Assembly: GCA_013239625.1 (NCBI GenBank)
Contig: MU053561.1
Location: 3,240,283 to 3,304,282, forward strand
Reading direction: 5' to 3'
Origin: Lama guanicoe
Taxonomy: Eukaryota
Length of the DNA stretch: 64,000 nucleotides
Shown: positions 36,919 to 48,195 of the stretch, piece after piece
Layout of the letters: each line of letters begins with the position of its first letter
Numbering within the stretch: position 1 is the first letter of the stretch
Notes under the pieces: model-generated
Told to the model about the DNA's origin: nothing
Databases searched by the model: none
Seen by the model: only the letters and a program-made list of their open reading frames with translations
Position numbers and translations under genes: made by a program

Positions 36919-37383
36919 TGTGGCAGAGGCTGCTCTGACCTGTATATATCCTCTCCCCTTCTCCCTTTCAGTAGAACCTCCTGCTCCCTGCTGAGTTTTG
37001 GCTGAGCATATGGTACCCATCAAGAAACTACATTTCCCAGCTTCCTTTGCATTAGGAGGGCCATGTGACTAGACTTCAGCCAATGGGATATGAGTGGGAG
37101 TGGCATGTGCAAAGTCCAGTTCACTTCCTAAAAACTGAATTCACTGTCTCTCCATATCCTCTTTTCCCTTGCCTGCTGGCTGGAATGTGGGCATTGCAGC
37201 TTGCTTGGACTTGAAGCTGAAGGCAGTACAAAATAGAAGAAACCTGGGTCCTTGATTGATGTCATGGGACAGAGCTGTTCTGACAGCCAGGGCCGCCCAG
37301 ACTGCTACGTGTTTCTTGCTTATCCCATTGTCATTTTGGGGTCTCTTTGTTACCATAGCTTAACACTTGCCCTGGCTAATGTA
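36919..37383 (+). mobile_element. ERVL solo LTR (LTR16-like)
   Basis: Starts 'tgtggcagaggctgc'; 'actacatttcccagcttcctttgca...ggccatgtgactagacttcagccaatgggat'; ends 'tctctttgttaccatagc...ctaatgta'. Confidence 0.8.
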
Positions 37384-40265
37384 GTCACCTATCAGACAAG
37401 TGGGAGCACATTATAGCCAGTTGACCCCACATTGTCAATCTTGTGCAGATTATTCAGGAAACAACAGCTTTGTGAAATCTAGATGTACCATCTTTATATC
37501 AATCCCCTGACCAACAGTTTGATAACTGCTATCGAAAAAAGCGAGTCTAGGGAACAGTACACGTCCTTCTCCATGAAGTCTCACCTGCTCCTGGCGATCA
37601 TCTCATCCTCCACACCCCCTTCCTGTCAGGCCCACTGGCCTGTGGCAAGAAGCACTGATCTTATTTGTGGAGAACTGCATGTGAAGGAGCAGCAGGACGT
37701 GAAGCTGCTAGAAATGAGGGTGGTTACTACCAGACTTCTGAGGTCATGCTGAGGCATTTGGACCCTGTGGATTAAGCAGGAGGCAGGAGATCCTCACACA
37801 GGAGACAGAGAAGATAGAAAAGCAGTTTAAAGAAGTGGCTTGTGGCAATGGTGCAGTGAGGAGACTGGAGAGGAGGAGCCAATGATGAAGGCAGAGTGGG
37901 TTGGGGTGGACTTAGGTTACAGGGGACTGAGTGCTGGAAACCTGAACACCAACTTGCTCTTGCGAGGGTCATGGGATGGTGGAGGAGACAGGTCATTAGT
38001 AATTTCTGCAGAGTGATGGGTTTCGTGTGAAGGAAATGCAGGATGCTGTGGTACCTGGGAGGAGCACCTGCCCCACTTTCCCATGAGCATCAGCAGAACG
38101 CTGTAGGCCAAAGGGACCCAGCATGGGTGGCAGCCCAGAGAAGTGACACATTGTGTGGCCTCCCGGAATGAGTCACGTGTTGCCCAGGGTGAGATGTAGG
38201 AAGGGGATGGCAGGAGACAGGGCATCCGGGAGGATGGTTATGACTCCTTGGTCACACAGTTTACTTTCTTCTTACCTTCCTTTTCTACTCTTTTTGGTCC
38301 AAGATACAGATTTGAGGGATGGGAGAAGGGGAGGAGGAAAGAGTCCTTCCCTAGGTCTTGCTGACTGAGTCCCAGGTCACCACCCCAAAAGGGTCCCTTT
38401 CACTGAGGATGGTGCCTCCGGGAGCCTGGAGGCATGGGTAGCTGGTGTGCACCAGGCTGTGAGGGCTTCAGTCACAGCAGAGCAGGGGACAGAGGGCTGA
38501 CCGGGGCCCGCAGCTCCACGGAGTGCCGGAAGGCGTGCTTACTTCCTTCTCAACTTCTAGCCAACCAAGGCAATACAAAAGTATTTACTCTCCCTCCCTT
38601 GATTACTGCTTCTCTCAAACATTTTGGTTGTTTTATATCTTCTGGGTGTAGCAGAGTTGGAACGTTCTGTCCTGGCAGGATGTCCCTGCTGGGAAAGCGT
38701 TCAGAAGGAGCTGCCCTTCCTGGTCTAGAGCAGAGGCGACCTCAGGTAGATGCTGCTGCAGTCAGGGGCTTTCTGGCTGCTGCTGCCTTTGGAGGGAGAT
38801 TGGACCACTGAGAATCGGCCAGGAAATCTGCAGTTATTGATTCTAGAGGGGGCAGGCCAAGGGTTTGACAAAACTGGTTATTTCAGCTAGTTGCTACTTG
38901 TAGGTTCTTATTGAAAGACAGTTTCAGCCCATCAGAGTTCTTCAGGCAGGTGTTTAAAGGCACAGATACACTGCCTTCTCAAAATGGGGGGAAAAAATTT
39001 GCACCACTCGGTATGTTGCTTGTCTTTGTTTCTCCTTCTTCTGGGTGTTATGGTAGGACTTCCCAGATCCGGGAGGAAGGGACTAGATTCCAGGGACAGA
39101 GCCTTACAATGTAGCAGTGGTGCCGTCCAACTTGCAGAATAAATTTTGCCCCCACTACCCTACCCATCCCCAATCCCCAGCATTGCTACCATCTGCTTTT
39201 CATTACTAGTAGGAAAAAAATGTTATCCCCAGGCAAGCAGCGGGCAGACTGTATTTTGCATCTTTGTGGCTCGAATGAAACAAATCCTCAGGGATAACCG
39301 TTTGAAATGAGAACTGAAAGTCCCACTTTGACTTTCCCCTCGCACTCTGGTTTCTGCTCAGTCCCCCTGAATAGTCGCCTCTGTTTCCTGCTCACCAGAC
39401 TGCTGGCCACACGAAACGCTACTCCTGGGGATGCAATTTAGCTATTCCCAAGGCCAAGAGGAACAGGCCCTCATCGTTTTGCTTCTTAAACGTGCAGGAT
39501 TGTGGTGTTGTTTGTTTGTTTTTCTCTTGACTGATGGTCAGCACACCTGCATCTTAGATTTTCCAACTGCTGGTTTCGTATAACCAGTATGGACTTGATA
39601 TTCTTGTGACCTTGTGAAATGACCTTCCGATCTTTCTCACTTTCAAAACTGGCTGCTTAATGCAGAATTGTTTCTCCCAACTATATAACCTCTCTCTGAA
39701 CCAGCATACCCTTTGGTCTCCTTGCTGGATTCTTTGCTAACAAGATAACAAGCTTGGACATGTGCTCAAGATCAATTTGTCTGAGATATTTAAGGTCTTG
39801 ACATCACCCTGTCCTCAGGGCAAACCCAGCTACAAAGGTTTTCTTCGCCTCCTCTCGCCTAGGCATTTTCAAGTACACGGAGGACAGGTGAGACTCTAGC
39901 CCCAGCACCATGCCCAGTCCCCCCCCATCACCACTTTTTTTTTTTAAATCTGCTTACTCCTGTCTTTTAAGACTCAGCTCAAGGGCCTCTCTCTGAGAAG
40001 CCTTTCCTGATGGACTCTCCACCCCTCCTCAGCCTTCAGTCCTCTCTCCACACCAGGATAGGGAATCCTTTGTACTCCAGTGCCCACCTTGTTTACATCT
40101 ATCATTCACTATCATGAGAAAAATACAATTTTTAAAAACTTGCCTAGGTTGATAACTTAGTTGGGAAATACACGAGAAATGTAACAGCTAACATTGCTTG
40201 AGTGTTTGCTTCGCACCAGGGACCAGTGTAACATACGATCGTGTTACAGGTCTACAACACAATCC

Positions 40266-40733
40266 TGCAGCAGACACTCCTCTGGCTACCAAACCACCAG
40301 TTCCTCTCTTCACGACTGGCAGGGCCCTAATTTCATTTGAGTGTCTACCACTCTTCCACGTAACTCAAGGAAAGCTATATCGCAATTGGTCTAAACCAAT
40401 TACGGTGATCCCATTTCTCTTAGGGTGATTGGTTTCAGTCTAGACACAGAATAAAATTCTGGCCATGAGACATGAGTGGAGGAAAGAGAGTGCTTCTCGA
40501 TAATTTCTGGATGCCAGAAACTTTAGCAGTCATTTTGTAGTTAGCCTAAGAACAAGGAGGCATAAAGAAAATGTCAGAACCAAAAAATGGAAAGTAATCG
40601 AGTCTTTGACGGTGTCATTGATTCCCGAGGTAACCAACCCAGGAGTCACAGGACTTCTTTTTATGTGAGGAGATATATTTTCCTTCTTGTTTACATTGAA
40701 TTACTTGTAGCCCAAAGCATCTTAATCATTGCA
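40266..40733 (+). mobile_element. ERVL LTR relic (LTR33-like)
   Basis: 'attggtctaaaccaattacggtgatcccatttctct...gtgattggttt', ending 'ttacttgtagcccaaagcatcttaa'. Confidence 0.65.
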
Positions 40734-41126
40734 AAATCGATCAGAATGTTCTATTATTATTTCCATTTTACAAATGAGGTAATTGAAACTCAAAGAGCTT
40801 AAGTAAGTAATTTACCCAAGACCAACTGCTTGTAAAAAGTTAACCTGGCTCTAGGACTTGCAGACACCATACAATGCTTGTTCTCTGAGAAAAGATCCCA
40901 GTCTTACTCAATTTTTTTTTAATCCTTGTTTCTCTCTGGCATATAACAGGTGCTCAAATGCTTTTTGACTACGTGAGTACTTATGTGAGCTGAACTTTTA
41001 TGGCCATTTTTCCCTTAACACCACAGAAACATCTGAGTCTCCTGAAAAGCAACAGAAAAATATATTTCATTTGGGCTCTACACTACTACCACTGAAGAAC
41101 GAGTATTTAAAATAAGGAAGCAATGT

Positions 41127-41582
41127 ATTTGCAGCAACATGGGTGGACCTAGAGATTATCATATTAAGTGAAGGAAGTCAGGCAGAGAAAGATATGATAT
41201 CACTCATATGTAGACTCTAAAAAAAGATACAAATGATCATATTTACAAAACAAATAGATTCAGAGACATAGAAAACCAACATGGTTACCAAAGGGGAAAG
41301 GGGGTGGGAGGGGTAAGTTAGGAGTCAGTGGTTAACATATATACACTGCTATATATAAAACAGATAGACAACAAGGACCTACTGTATAGTACAGGGAACT
41401 GTATTCAATACCTTTTAATAGTGGAAAAGAATCTGAAAAAGAATATGTATCTATATAATATATCAGATATATATATAAATATATATATATCTGAATCACT
41501 TTGCTGTACATCTGAAACTAACACAACCTTGTAAATCAACTATACTTCAAAAAAATCCAAAAATAATAATAATAATAAAAAT
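41127..41582 (+). mobile_element. Young L1 3' fragment
   Basis: 'atttgcagcaacatgggtggacctagagattatc...gtaaatcaactatacttcaaaaaaa'; degenerate TSD aaaataaggaagcaatgt (41109-41126) / aaaataagggaccgatgt (41583-41600). Confidence 0.95.
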
Positions 41583-41700
41583 AAAATAAGGGACCGATGT
41601 GACAGTATTACAAACAAGAAAGTAGATGAGAGTAATCTCTTAGAAAGTCTCCACTCTAACATAATTGCCATTTTGGGGGATTCCCTTGTGGTCCCTTTTT

Positions 41701-41824
41701 GTTGGGGGAGAAGGAGGAGGTAATTAGGCTTATTTCTCTATTTTTAGAGGAGATACTGGGGATTGAACCCAGGACCTCATGCATGCTAAGCATGCACTCT
41801 ACCACTTGAGCTATACCCTCCCCC
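41701..41824 (-). mobile_element. tRNA-derived camelid SINE (vic-1-like)
   Basis: 'ggggattgaacccaggacctcatgcatgctaagcatgcactctaccacttgagctataccctcccc' is the reverse complement of the SINE head. Confidence 0.92.
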
Positions 41825-42113
41825 ACCTCATGGTCCTTTTTATATGCATACTGGGCAGTTTGGTAGATGCATAAAAAGCACTTGATAAAATGTGATAGCC
41901 ATTTATAATTTTAGAAAGATCTTAGCAAACTAGAACATGAAGAACATTTCCTTAACCTTCTAAAGTGTGCTCCATCAAAAAACAAGTACAAATGTCTAAT
42001 ATAACATTGGAGATTTTAATGATCTTTCAGTTCAGGGTCCAGACCATCACTGCTTCACTACACCTACTCAACATCATAATGAAATTCTAGCTGGTGGATT
42101 AACAAGAGGAAGA

Positions 42114-42246
42114 GGTGAGGGAGGGTGTAGCTCAGTGGTAGAGTGCATGCCTAGCATGCACGAGGTCCTGGGTTCAATCCCCAGTGCCCCCATTAAATTA
42201 AATAAGTAAATAAACCTAATTACCACCTCCACAAACAAAACAAATA
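42114..42246 (+). mobile_element. tRNA-derived camelid SINE (vic-1-like)
   Basis: A box tagctcagtgg, B box ggttcaatcc; perfect 13-bp TSD aacaagaggaaga (42101-42113, 42247-42259). Confidence 0.95.
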
Positions 42247-42394
42247 AACAAGAGGAAGATGAATAAAAGTTGGAAAGGTAAGAAAGAAAAAAATAAAGCT
42301 ACTATTATTCACAGGCATTATTGTCTACAAAAAAGAAAAAACAAGAGAATCTTTAGAAACACCATTATCATTAATTTAAAAAAAGCATTCTGCA

Positions 42395-43669
42395 TATACA
42401 AAAATAAACTCAAAAAGGCTTAAAGACTTAAATAAAAGACAAGGCACGATAAATCTCCTAGAAGAAAACATAGGCAAAACATCCTGACATAAATCTTAGC
42501 AATGTTCTCCTAGGGCAGTCTACCCAGGCAACAGAAATAAGAGCAAAAATTAACAAATGGGACCTAATTAAACTCATAAGCTTCTGCACAGCAAAAGAAA
42601 CCATAAGCAAAACAAAACGACAACCATGGAATGGGAGAAAACATTTGCAAATGATGCGACTGGCAAAGGCTTAATTTCCAGAATATATAAACAGCTCATA
42701 CAACTTAATAACAACAAAAAAGCCAACCCAATCCAAAAATAGGCAGAAGATCTAAACAAGCAATTTTCCAAGGAAGACATACAAATGGCCAATAGGCATG
42801 TGAAAAAATGCTCAATATCACTAATTATCAGAGAAATGCAAATCAAAACTACATTGAAGTATCACCTCACACCAGTCAGAATGGCCATCATTCAAAAGTC
42901 CATGAACGATAAATGCGGGAGAGGGTGTGGAGACAAGGGAACCCTCTTACGCTGTTGGTGGGAATGTACTTTGGTGCAATCATTATGGAAAACAGTATGG
43001 AGATTCCTCAAAAAACTAAAAATAGACTTATCCTATGATCCAGCAATTCCAGAGGGAACTCTAATTGGAAAAGATACATGCACCCCAATGTTGACAGCAG
43101 CACTATATACAATAGTCAAGACATGGAAGCAACCTAAATGTACATCAACAGATGACTGGATAAAGAAGTGGTGGTATATTTATACAATGGAATACTACCC
43201 AGCCATTAAAAATAATGAAATAATGCCATTTGCAGCAACATGGATGGACCTGGAAACTGTCATTCTAAGTGAAGTAAGCCAGAAAGAAAAAGAAAAATAC
43301 CATACGATATCACTTATATGTGGTATCTTAAAAAAAAAAGGAAAAAAAGGACACTATAAACTCATCTACAAAACAGAAACAGACTCGCAGACATAGTAAA
43401 TGATCTTATGATTACCAGGGAAAGGAGGGGGGATAAATTTGGGAGACTGAGATTTATAAATGTTAGCCTCTGTATATAAAAATAGATTTTAAAAAAGTTT
43501 CTGCTGTATAGCACAGGGAACTATGTTCAATATCATGTAATAACCTTTAATTAAAAAAATATGAAAATTAATATATGTATGTACATGCATGACTGGGACA
43601 TTGTGCTGCACACCAGAAATTGACACATTGTAACAGATAGTACTTCAATTTAAAAAAATAAATAACTTT
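42395..43669 (+). mobile_element. Young 5'-truncated L1 (~1.27 kb)
   Basis: Contains the ORF2 C-terminus and a complete 3' UTR with A tail; approximate TSD aaaaaaag(ca)ttctgca at ~42378-42394 and ~43671-43685. Confidence 0.95.
42785..43396 (+). pseudogene. L1 ORF2p C-terminal remnant (203-aa ORF), not a host gene
   Basis: [71 protein letters not shown] are hallmark L1 ORF2 motifs. Confidence 0.93.
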
Positions 43670-44049
43670 AAAAAAAAGTTCTGCAAAGTTGTTCAATCGA
43701 TATGCAAATAGATTACATCCCAACATACCTACAACAATTAGAAAAGCTAATAAAAAATAGCATTTTCAGTAACAACAAAGCCTGTAAATTTCTAAGGAAT
43801 AAAACCCACAAAAAGGATGTACAGAATCTCTCTGGAGAAAATTACCAGAGTTTACTCAAAAACATAAAAGAGAACCTAAATAGGAGAAACATGAAGAGCT
43901 AATGAATTGACTTTAATTATTATAAAATTTGTAGTCCTTCCCAAATTAAACCATGAATTCAATGTAAGGAAGAACAAAGAGGGACATGACTCACCAGACA
44001 TCAATACTTGAAATAAAGCTCTAGTAAGATTTCAACAGCACGGGTGAAC

Positions 44050-44216
44050 TACCGCTCCTCAAACTTTCAGATGCCTAGGAGTCCTCCCGGGATCTTGTTA
44101 ATCACAGATACTAATTGAGTAGGTCTGGGATGAGGCTTGAGTATCTGCAGTCCCAACAAGCTACCAGGTGATGCGGATGCTGCTGGTCCATGAACCACTA
44201 CTTTGAAAAGCAAGGG
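44050..44216. mobile_element. hAT-Charlie MITE (MER5A-like)
   Basis: 'ctcctcaaactttcag...gtaggtctgggatgaggcttgagtatctgca...caggtgatgcggatgctgctggtccatgaaccactactttga'. Confidence 0.85.
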
Positions 44217-44347
44217 AGTCAGCGATTGCAAGAACAGAATAAAGAGCCCAGAGACAAGCCCAGGTATCTATGAAAGCTTGCTGTACAACAAAGATGGCAT
44301 AGCAGATTCACAGGGAAAGGGGACTATTTAGTAGATTGGGCTGATCC

Positions 44348-44662
44348 AAGGTCCTTATAAGGAGGACATAGGAGTGTCAAATTGAGGGAGAGATTTGAAT
44401 GTTGCATGTGGCTGGCTGTGAAGATGGAGGAAGGGGTTACAAGCCAAGGGATGTAGGGGATGTAGGTGGGCTCTAGAAGCCGGAAAGGGGAGGACACTGC
44501 TTCTCTCCTAGCGCCTGCAGAAGAAATGCAGCCCCGCTAACCCGTTGCTTTCAGCTCAGTGAAAGCCATTTTGGACTTCCGTCCTCCAGGCTACAGCAAG
44601 TTCGCTGTTTTAAGCCACTAAGTCTGTGGTACGCTGTTACAGAAGCATCACAAAATAAATGC
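44348..44662 (+). mobile_element. MaLR LTR (MLT1D-like) fragment
   Basis: 'gctggctgtgaagatggaggaagggg...ctctagaagccggaaagg...ttttaagccactaagtctgtggtacgctgttacag'. Confidence 0.85.
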
Positions 44663-45439
44663 ACCATATAACCAAAGGCACCATAAACCAAGGTGAAAAG
44701 ATAAGCCACAGATTGGGAGAAGATTTTTGCAAAGCATGCAGCCAACAAAGACTTAGAATGTAAGAATGAACTACAGATCAATAAAAATAAACCAAACAGC
44801 CAGCTAGATGAACAAAGGACACGTACAGAATCCATGGAGGAGGAAACCTCGATGGCCAAAAGAAATGAAAAAAGATTCACAACCTCATTAATAGTCTCTG
44901 AAAAGCACATTAGAAAAACAGTAAGATATCATTTTACACCCATCAAAATTTTGGTAATGCCAAGTGTTGATGAGAATATAGAACAATAGGAACTTTCATA
45001 AAATACCGACAGGAGTGAATATTTTTGCAGTGACTTTGGAGAGAGCAATTGGGCAATATTTGATAAGCTTAAAGGCACTCATACTCTGACTTAACAGTTC
45101 CACCTGCAGGTATTTTGTCAGAGACACAATCACATGTGAGCACTTAGAGAAACTTACAAGGGTATTCATTCAGGCATTGGTGTAATACTAAACTGGAAAC
45201 AACCTAAGTATCTTCCAACAGGCAGTGGAAAAATTAATTCTAGCATATTCCCACAATGAAACACCGCACAGCTATGAAAATCAGTGAATCAGCATTTCCT
45301 CTCTGACCTAACTATTTACATATATATGCCTTAGCTGGTTTCTTCATCTCTAGTGTCTTCCTCATTTCTGTACAATGGGAAGATCTTTGAAAATCTGATC
45401 ATGCCTCTACCTTAGTTAAAAATTCCCCGGTGGTTTTAA

Positions 45440-46045
45440 AAAAAATAATTTCATTGAGGTATAATTGCTATACAATAAACTGCATATATTTAAAGTGTAC
45501 AATTTGTTAAGTTTTGACATACAGATATCAACATCACTGTGATCGAGGGAGTGAACACATCTATTATCCCCAAATGTTTCCTTGTGTCCCTTTATAGTCT
45601 CTCCCTCTGATGCCCCTCCCAGCCCCTGCCATCCTCAAATAATCATTGATTTGCTTTCTGTCACTATAGGTCATTTGCATTTTCTAGAGTTTTATATGAG
45701 CAGGATCATTCAGTATGCATTCTTTTTTGTCTAGCTTCTTTCACTCAGTAGTTACTTTGAGGTTCATCTGTGGTGGCTGGATAGTTTATTTCTTTTTATT
45801 GCTGGGTGTGATTCCATTGCATGGATACACAATTTATTTATCCATCCTCCTGTTGGTGGACATCTGGATTGTTTCCAGTTTTTGACTCTTACAAATAAAG
45901 CTGCTGTGAACATCTGAATGTACATCTTTGTGTGGACATGTGCTTTCTTTTCTCTTAGGTAAATTCACAGAAGTGGAATGGTTGGATTAGCTATTTAAGA
46001 AACTGCCAGAGTGGTTGCACCATTTTACATTCCCATCAGCAGGCT
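45440..46045 (-). mobile_element. Old L1 (L1MB-like) 3' fragment
   Basis: 'ttcattgaggtataattgctatacaataaactgcatatatttaaagtgtacaattt' ... 'gagtggttgcaccattttacattcccatcagcag'. Confidence 0.9.
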
Positions 46046-46089
46046 TCAGAGGGTTTTAAGAATAAGATTTGGGGCACCTGTTAGCCATT

Positions 46090-46592
46090 GGGAAAAGGGC
46101 CTTGGAAGATGTAACTAAGGACCTCCAAGGGAGGGGAGAGTATTAGTGGTAGAGTGGGTGCTTAACATGCACGAGGTCCTGGGTTCGATCCCCAGTACCT
46201 CCATTAAAAAAAAAAAACTTTAAAACAAATGAATAAACCTAATTACCCACTCCCCCCACAAAAAAAATCTTAAAAAAAAAACTCGAGATGAGCTCATTCT
46301 GAGTTTGAGTGGGCCCTAAGTCCAATGACAGACATAGAGAGAGGCAGAGGGAGATAGAGGCAGAGATTGGAGTTACACTGCCCAAGTTAAGGAATGCCTG
46401 GAGTTCTGGAAGCTGGAAGAGGCAAAGAAAGACCCTCACCCCGCCCCGCAACCCTGAACCTTCACAGAGCATGTGGCCCTGCCAACACCTTGATTTTGGA
46501 TTGCTGGCCTCCGAACTGTGAGAATAAAGTTCATTGTTTTAAGTCTCTCAGCTTTCAGTAATTTGTTACAACAGCCTTAAGAAACTAATACA
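46090..46592 (+). mobile_element. MaLR LTR (MLT1B/C-like) interrupted by a camelid SINE
   Basis: 'gagtgggccctaagtccaatgac', 'ggccctgccaacaccttgattttgga', end 'ttgttacaacagccttaagaaactaataca'. Confidence 0.85.
46131..46281 (+). mobile_element. tRNA-derived camelid SINE (vic-1-like)
   Basis: 'agtggtagagtgggtgcttaacatgcacgaggtcctgggttcgatccccagtacctcc' plus tail 'aataaacctaattacc...aaaa'. Confidence 0.9.
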
Positions 46593-46849
46593 CTCAGCAG
46601 AGACTTGACACTGACCGCTGCGGGTCTGAACATTAAAAGGTGTGCATCCCACTCTTGACAAGTGTGAAAGTAGAGAAATGAACTTACAGAGAACAATTAA
46701 TTACATCCAAGTGAAATCATTGCTGGGACTGGGACTGGGTGTATTTAGTAAGGAGAGAGATAGCAAAAGCCTGACCAAAAGAAGCGTTCTGTTTTTTTCT
46801 CACTTCTCACCTGTCTTTTGGCGGTTTCTTTTGGTTTCTTTTCCATTGT

Positions 46850-47640
46850 TCACTATCTCAGTTAACAGCATCACTACGCAAATAGCACAAGCCAAGAATC
46901 TACGAGTCATTCTTACATCTCACTCTCCTATAACGAATCTGTCACCAAAACCTGATTAGCACTATTTATTTTACTTTATGTATATGTCTAAAAATCTCCA
47001 CTTACCTCCACCTTCACAGCCATCACCATAGTCCAAGGTCCCATCGTCTCTGGCCCGAGCCCGGACTCATGGGTCTACCGGCATCCCTCTGCTTCCCTCC
47101 CAGTTGGTCCTCCCCTCCCCGCGGTGGGAGTAGCCTATCACAGTGAAATCTGGTGGCACCGCCCTGCCGATGAAACCCTCGCGTGGATTTGTGTGGCGCT
47201 GGGGATGAAGGGTAAACTCCTCCACCTGGTCTAGAAGGCCCTGCCGGCAGCCCTGCACTTGGCCTCTCTTAGCTCCGCCCACCGGTCTACCATCAGTCCT
47301 TTGACCGCGAGGCTTTTGGGAGCCGTTCTCTTGCACAGAACTGCAACTCTCCTTCGACAGGCTGACTGCTGCTGCTCCAGCATCATCTCCTGTGGAAGCC
47401 CTGCTTTGTCTCCAGAGGAGGTCACCCTCCTGTTCCATCTCTGAGAGTGTTAGGTGCCTCCCAGTGATGGTTACAGTTTTACGCTTACTTGTGTCACTAC
47501 TGCACTGGCGTCTGCTTCCCAACTACCTGCAAGCTCCTTGGTCACTGGGATTGTGAGCTTTTTCACCCATTTTTGTGTCTTTGAAGCACAGCCTGGCACC
47601 TGGTGCCCAGTAATTGCTCAGCCCACATTTATTGAATTAA
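46850..47640 (+). mobile_element. L2 LINE 3' part
   Basis: 'caagccaagaatctacgagtcattctt', 'cagccatcaccatagtccaagg', tail 'gcacagcctggcacctggtgcccagtaattgctcag...tttattgaattaa'. Confidence 0.8.
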
Positions 47641-47663
47641 CAAACTGCACTATTGTTAATGTA

Positions 47664-47764
47664 TTTTTTTACTATCTTTTTTTAAATGGAAGTATACTGG
47701 GAATTGAACCCAGGACCTCATGCATGCCATGCATGCGCTCTACCACTAAGCTATACCCACCCCA
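47664..47764 (-). mobile_element. tRNA-derived camelid SINE (vic-1-like)
   Basis: 'gggaattgaacccaggacctcatgcatgccatgcatgcgctctaccactaagctataccc'. Confidence 0.9.
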
Positions 47765-47769
47765 CCCTA

Positions 47770-48195
47770 CCATTGTTTATAATAGTGAAAAACTGGGGAC
47801 AATTTCTTGGGGAAAAGTTAAATTATGATCTATCTATGCTCTGTAATACCATGTCGGTCTTCAAAATGGCAAGGTAGAGCTGTATTCACTGCCACGGAAA
47901 GTGGGTTATAATAGACTTTGAGTGAAAAACAACAACAGAAAGCAAGTTTCAGAACAATTCTTAGAGTGAACCATTGCTTTAAAATCAAAAGCAGTACATG
48001 TAAAATACGTTCAGCTGGGCCTGGGAGAAGGTATGGAAGGATGTTGCCAGATCGTTGACAGGCTCAGTGCAGCCCTGGGGATAGGGGCACGAGAGAAGCG
48101 GCCCACGGTATTTCGTAAAGAATTTAGAAAATCTTGCATTGCTTGAACTTTTTATTTTTACAAGTATGCATTATTTTTGTAAGTCAAACATGTTT
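47770..48195 (+). mobile_element. Old L1ME-like 3' UTR relic
   Basis: 'cattgtttataatagtgaaaaactgggg', 'gagtgaaaaac...aaagcaagtttcagaacaa', 'ttttacaagtatgcattatttttgtaa'. Confidence 0.6.

Larger units (their letters stand above)
41850..45290 (+). mobile_element. Ancient L1 (L1ME-like) ORF2-to-3' relic hosting four nested insertions
   Basis: Collinear L1 ORF2 pieces: 'tagatgcataaaaagcacttgataaaat' (~41865), 'aaagagaacctaaataggagaaacat' (~43870), 'aacagaataaagagcccaga' (~44235), 'gccacagattgggagaagatttttgcaa' (~44705), 'actggaaacaacctaagt' (~45195). Confidence 0.75.

Noticed and set aside
42119..42192. tRNA gene (A box tagctcagtgg, B box ggttcaatcc)
   Set aside because: It is followed by a SINE tail and flanked by a TSD, with six diverged copies in the window, so it is a tRNA-derived SINE.
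42785..43396. Longest ORF (203 aa) as a host gene
   Set aside because: It is the C-terminus of L1 ORF2p within a truncated L1. The same applies to ORFs 30342-30560, 30588-30854, 1373-1627 and their antisense counterparts.
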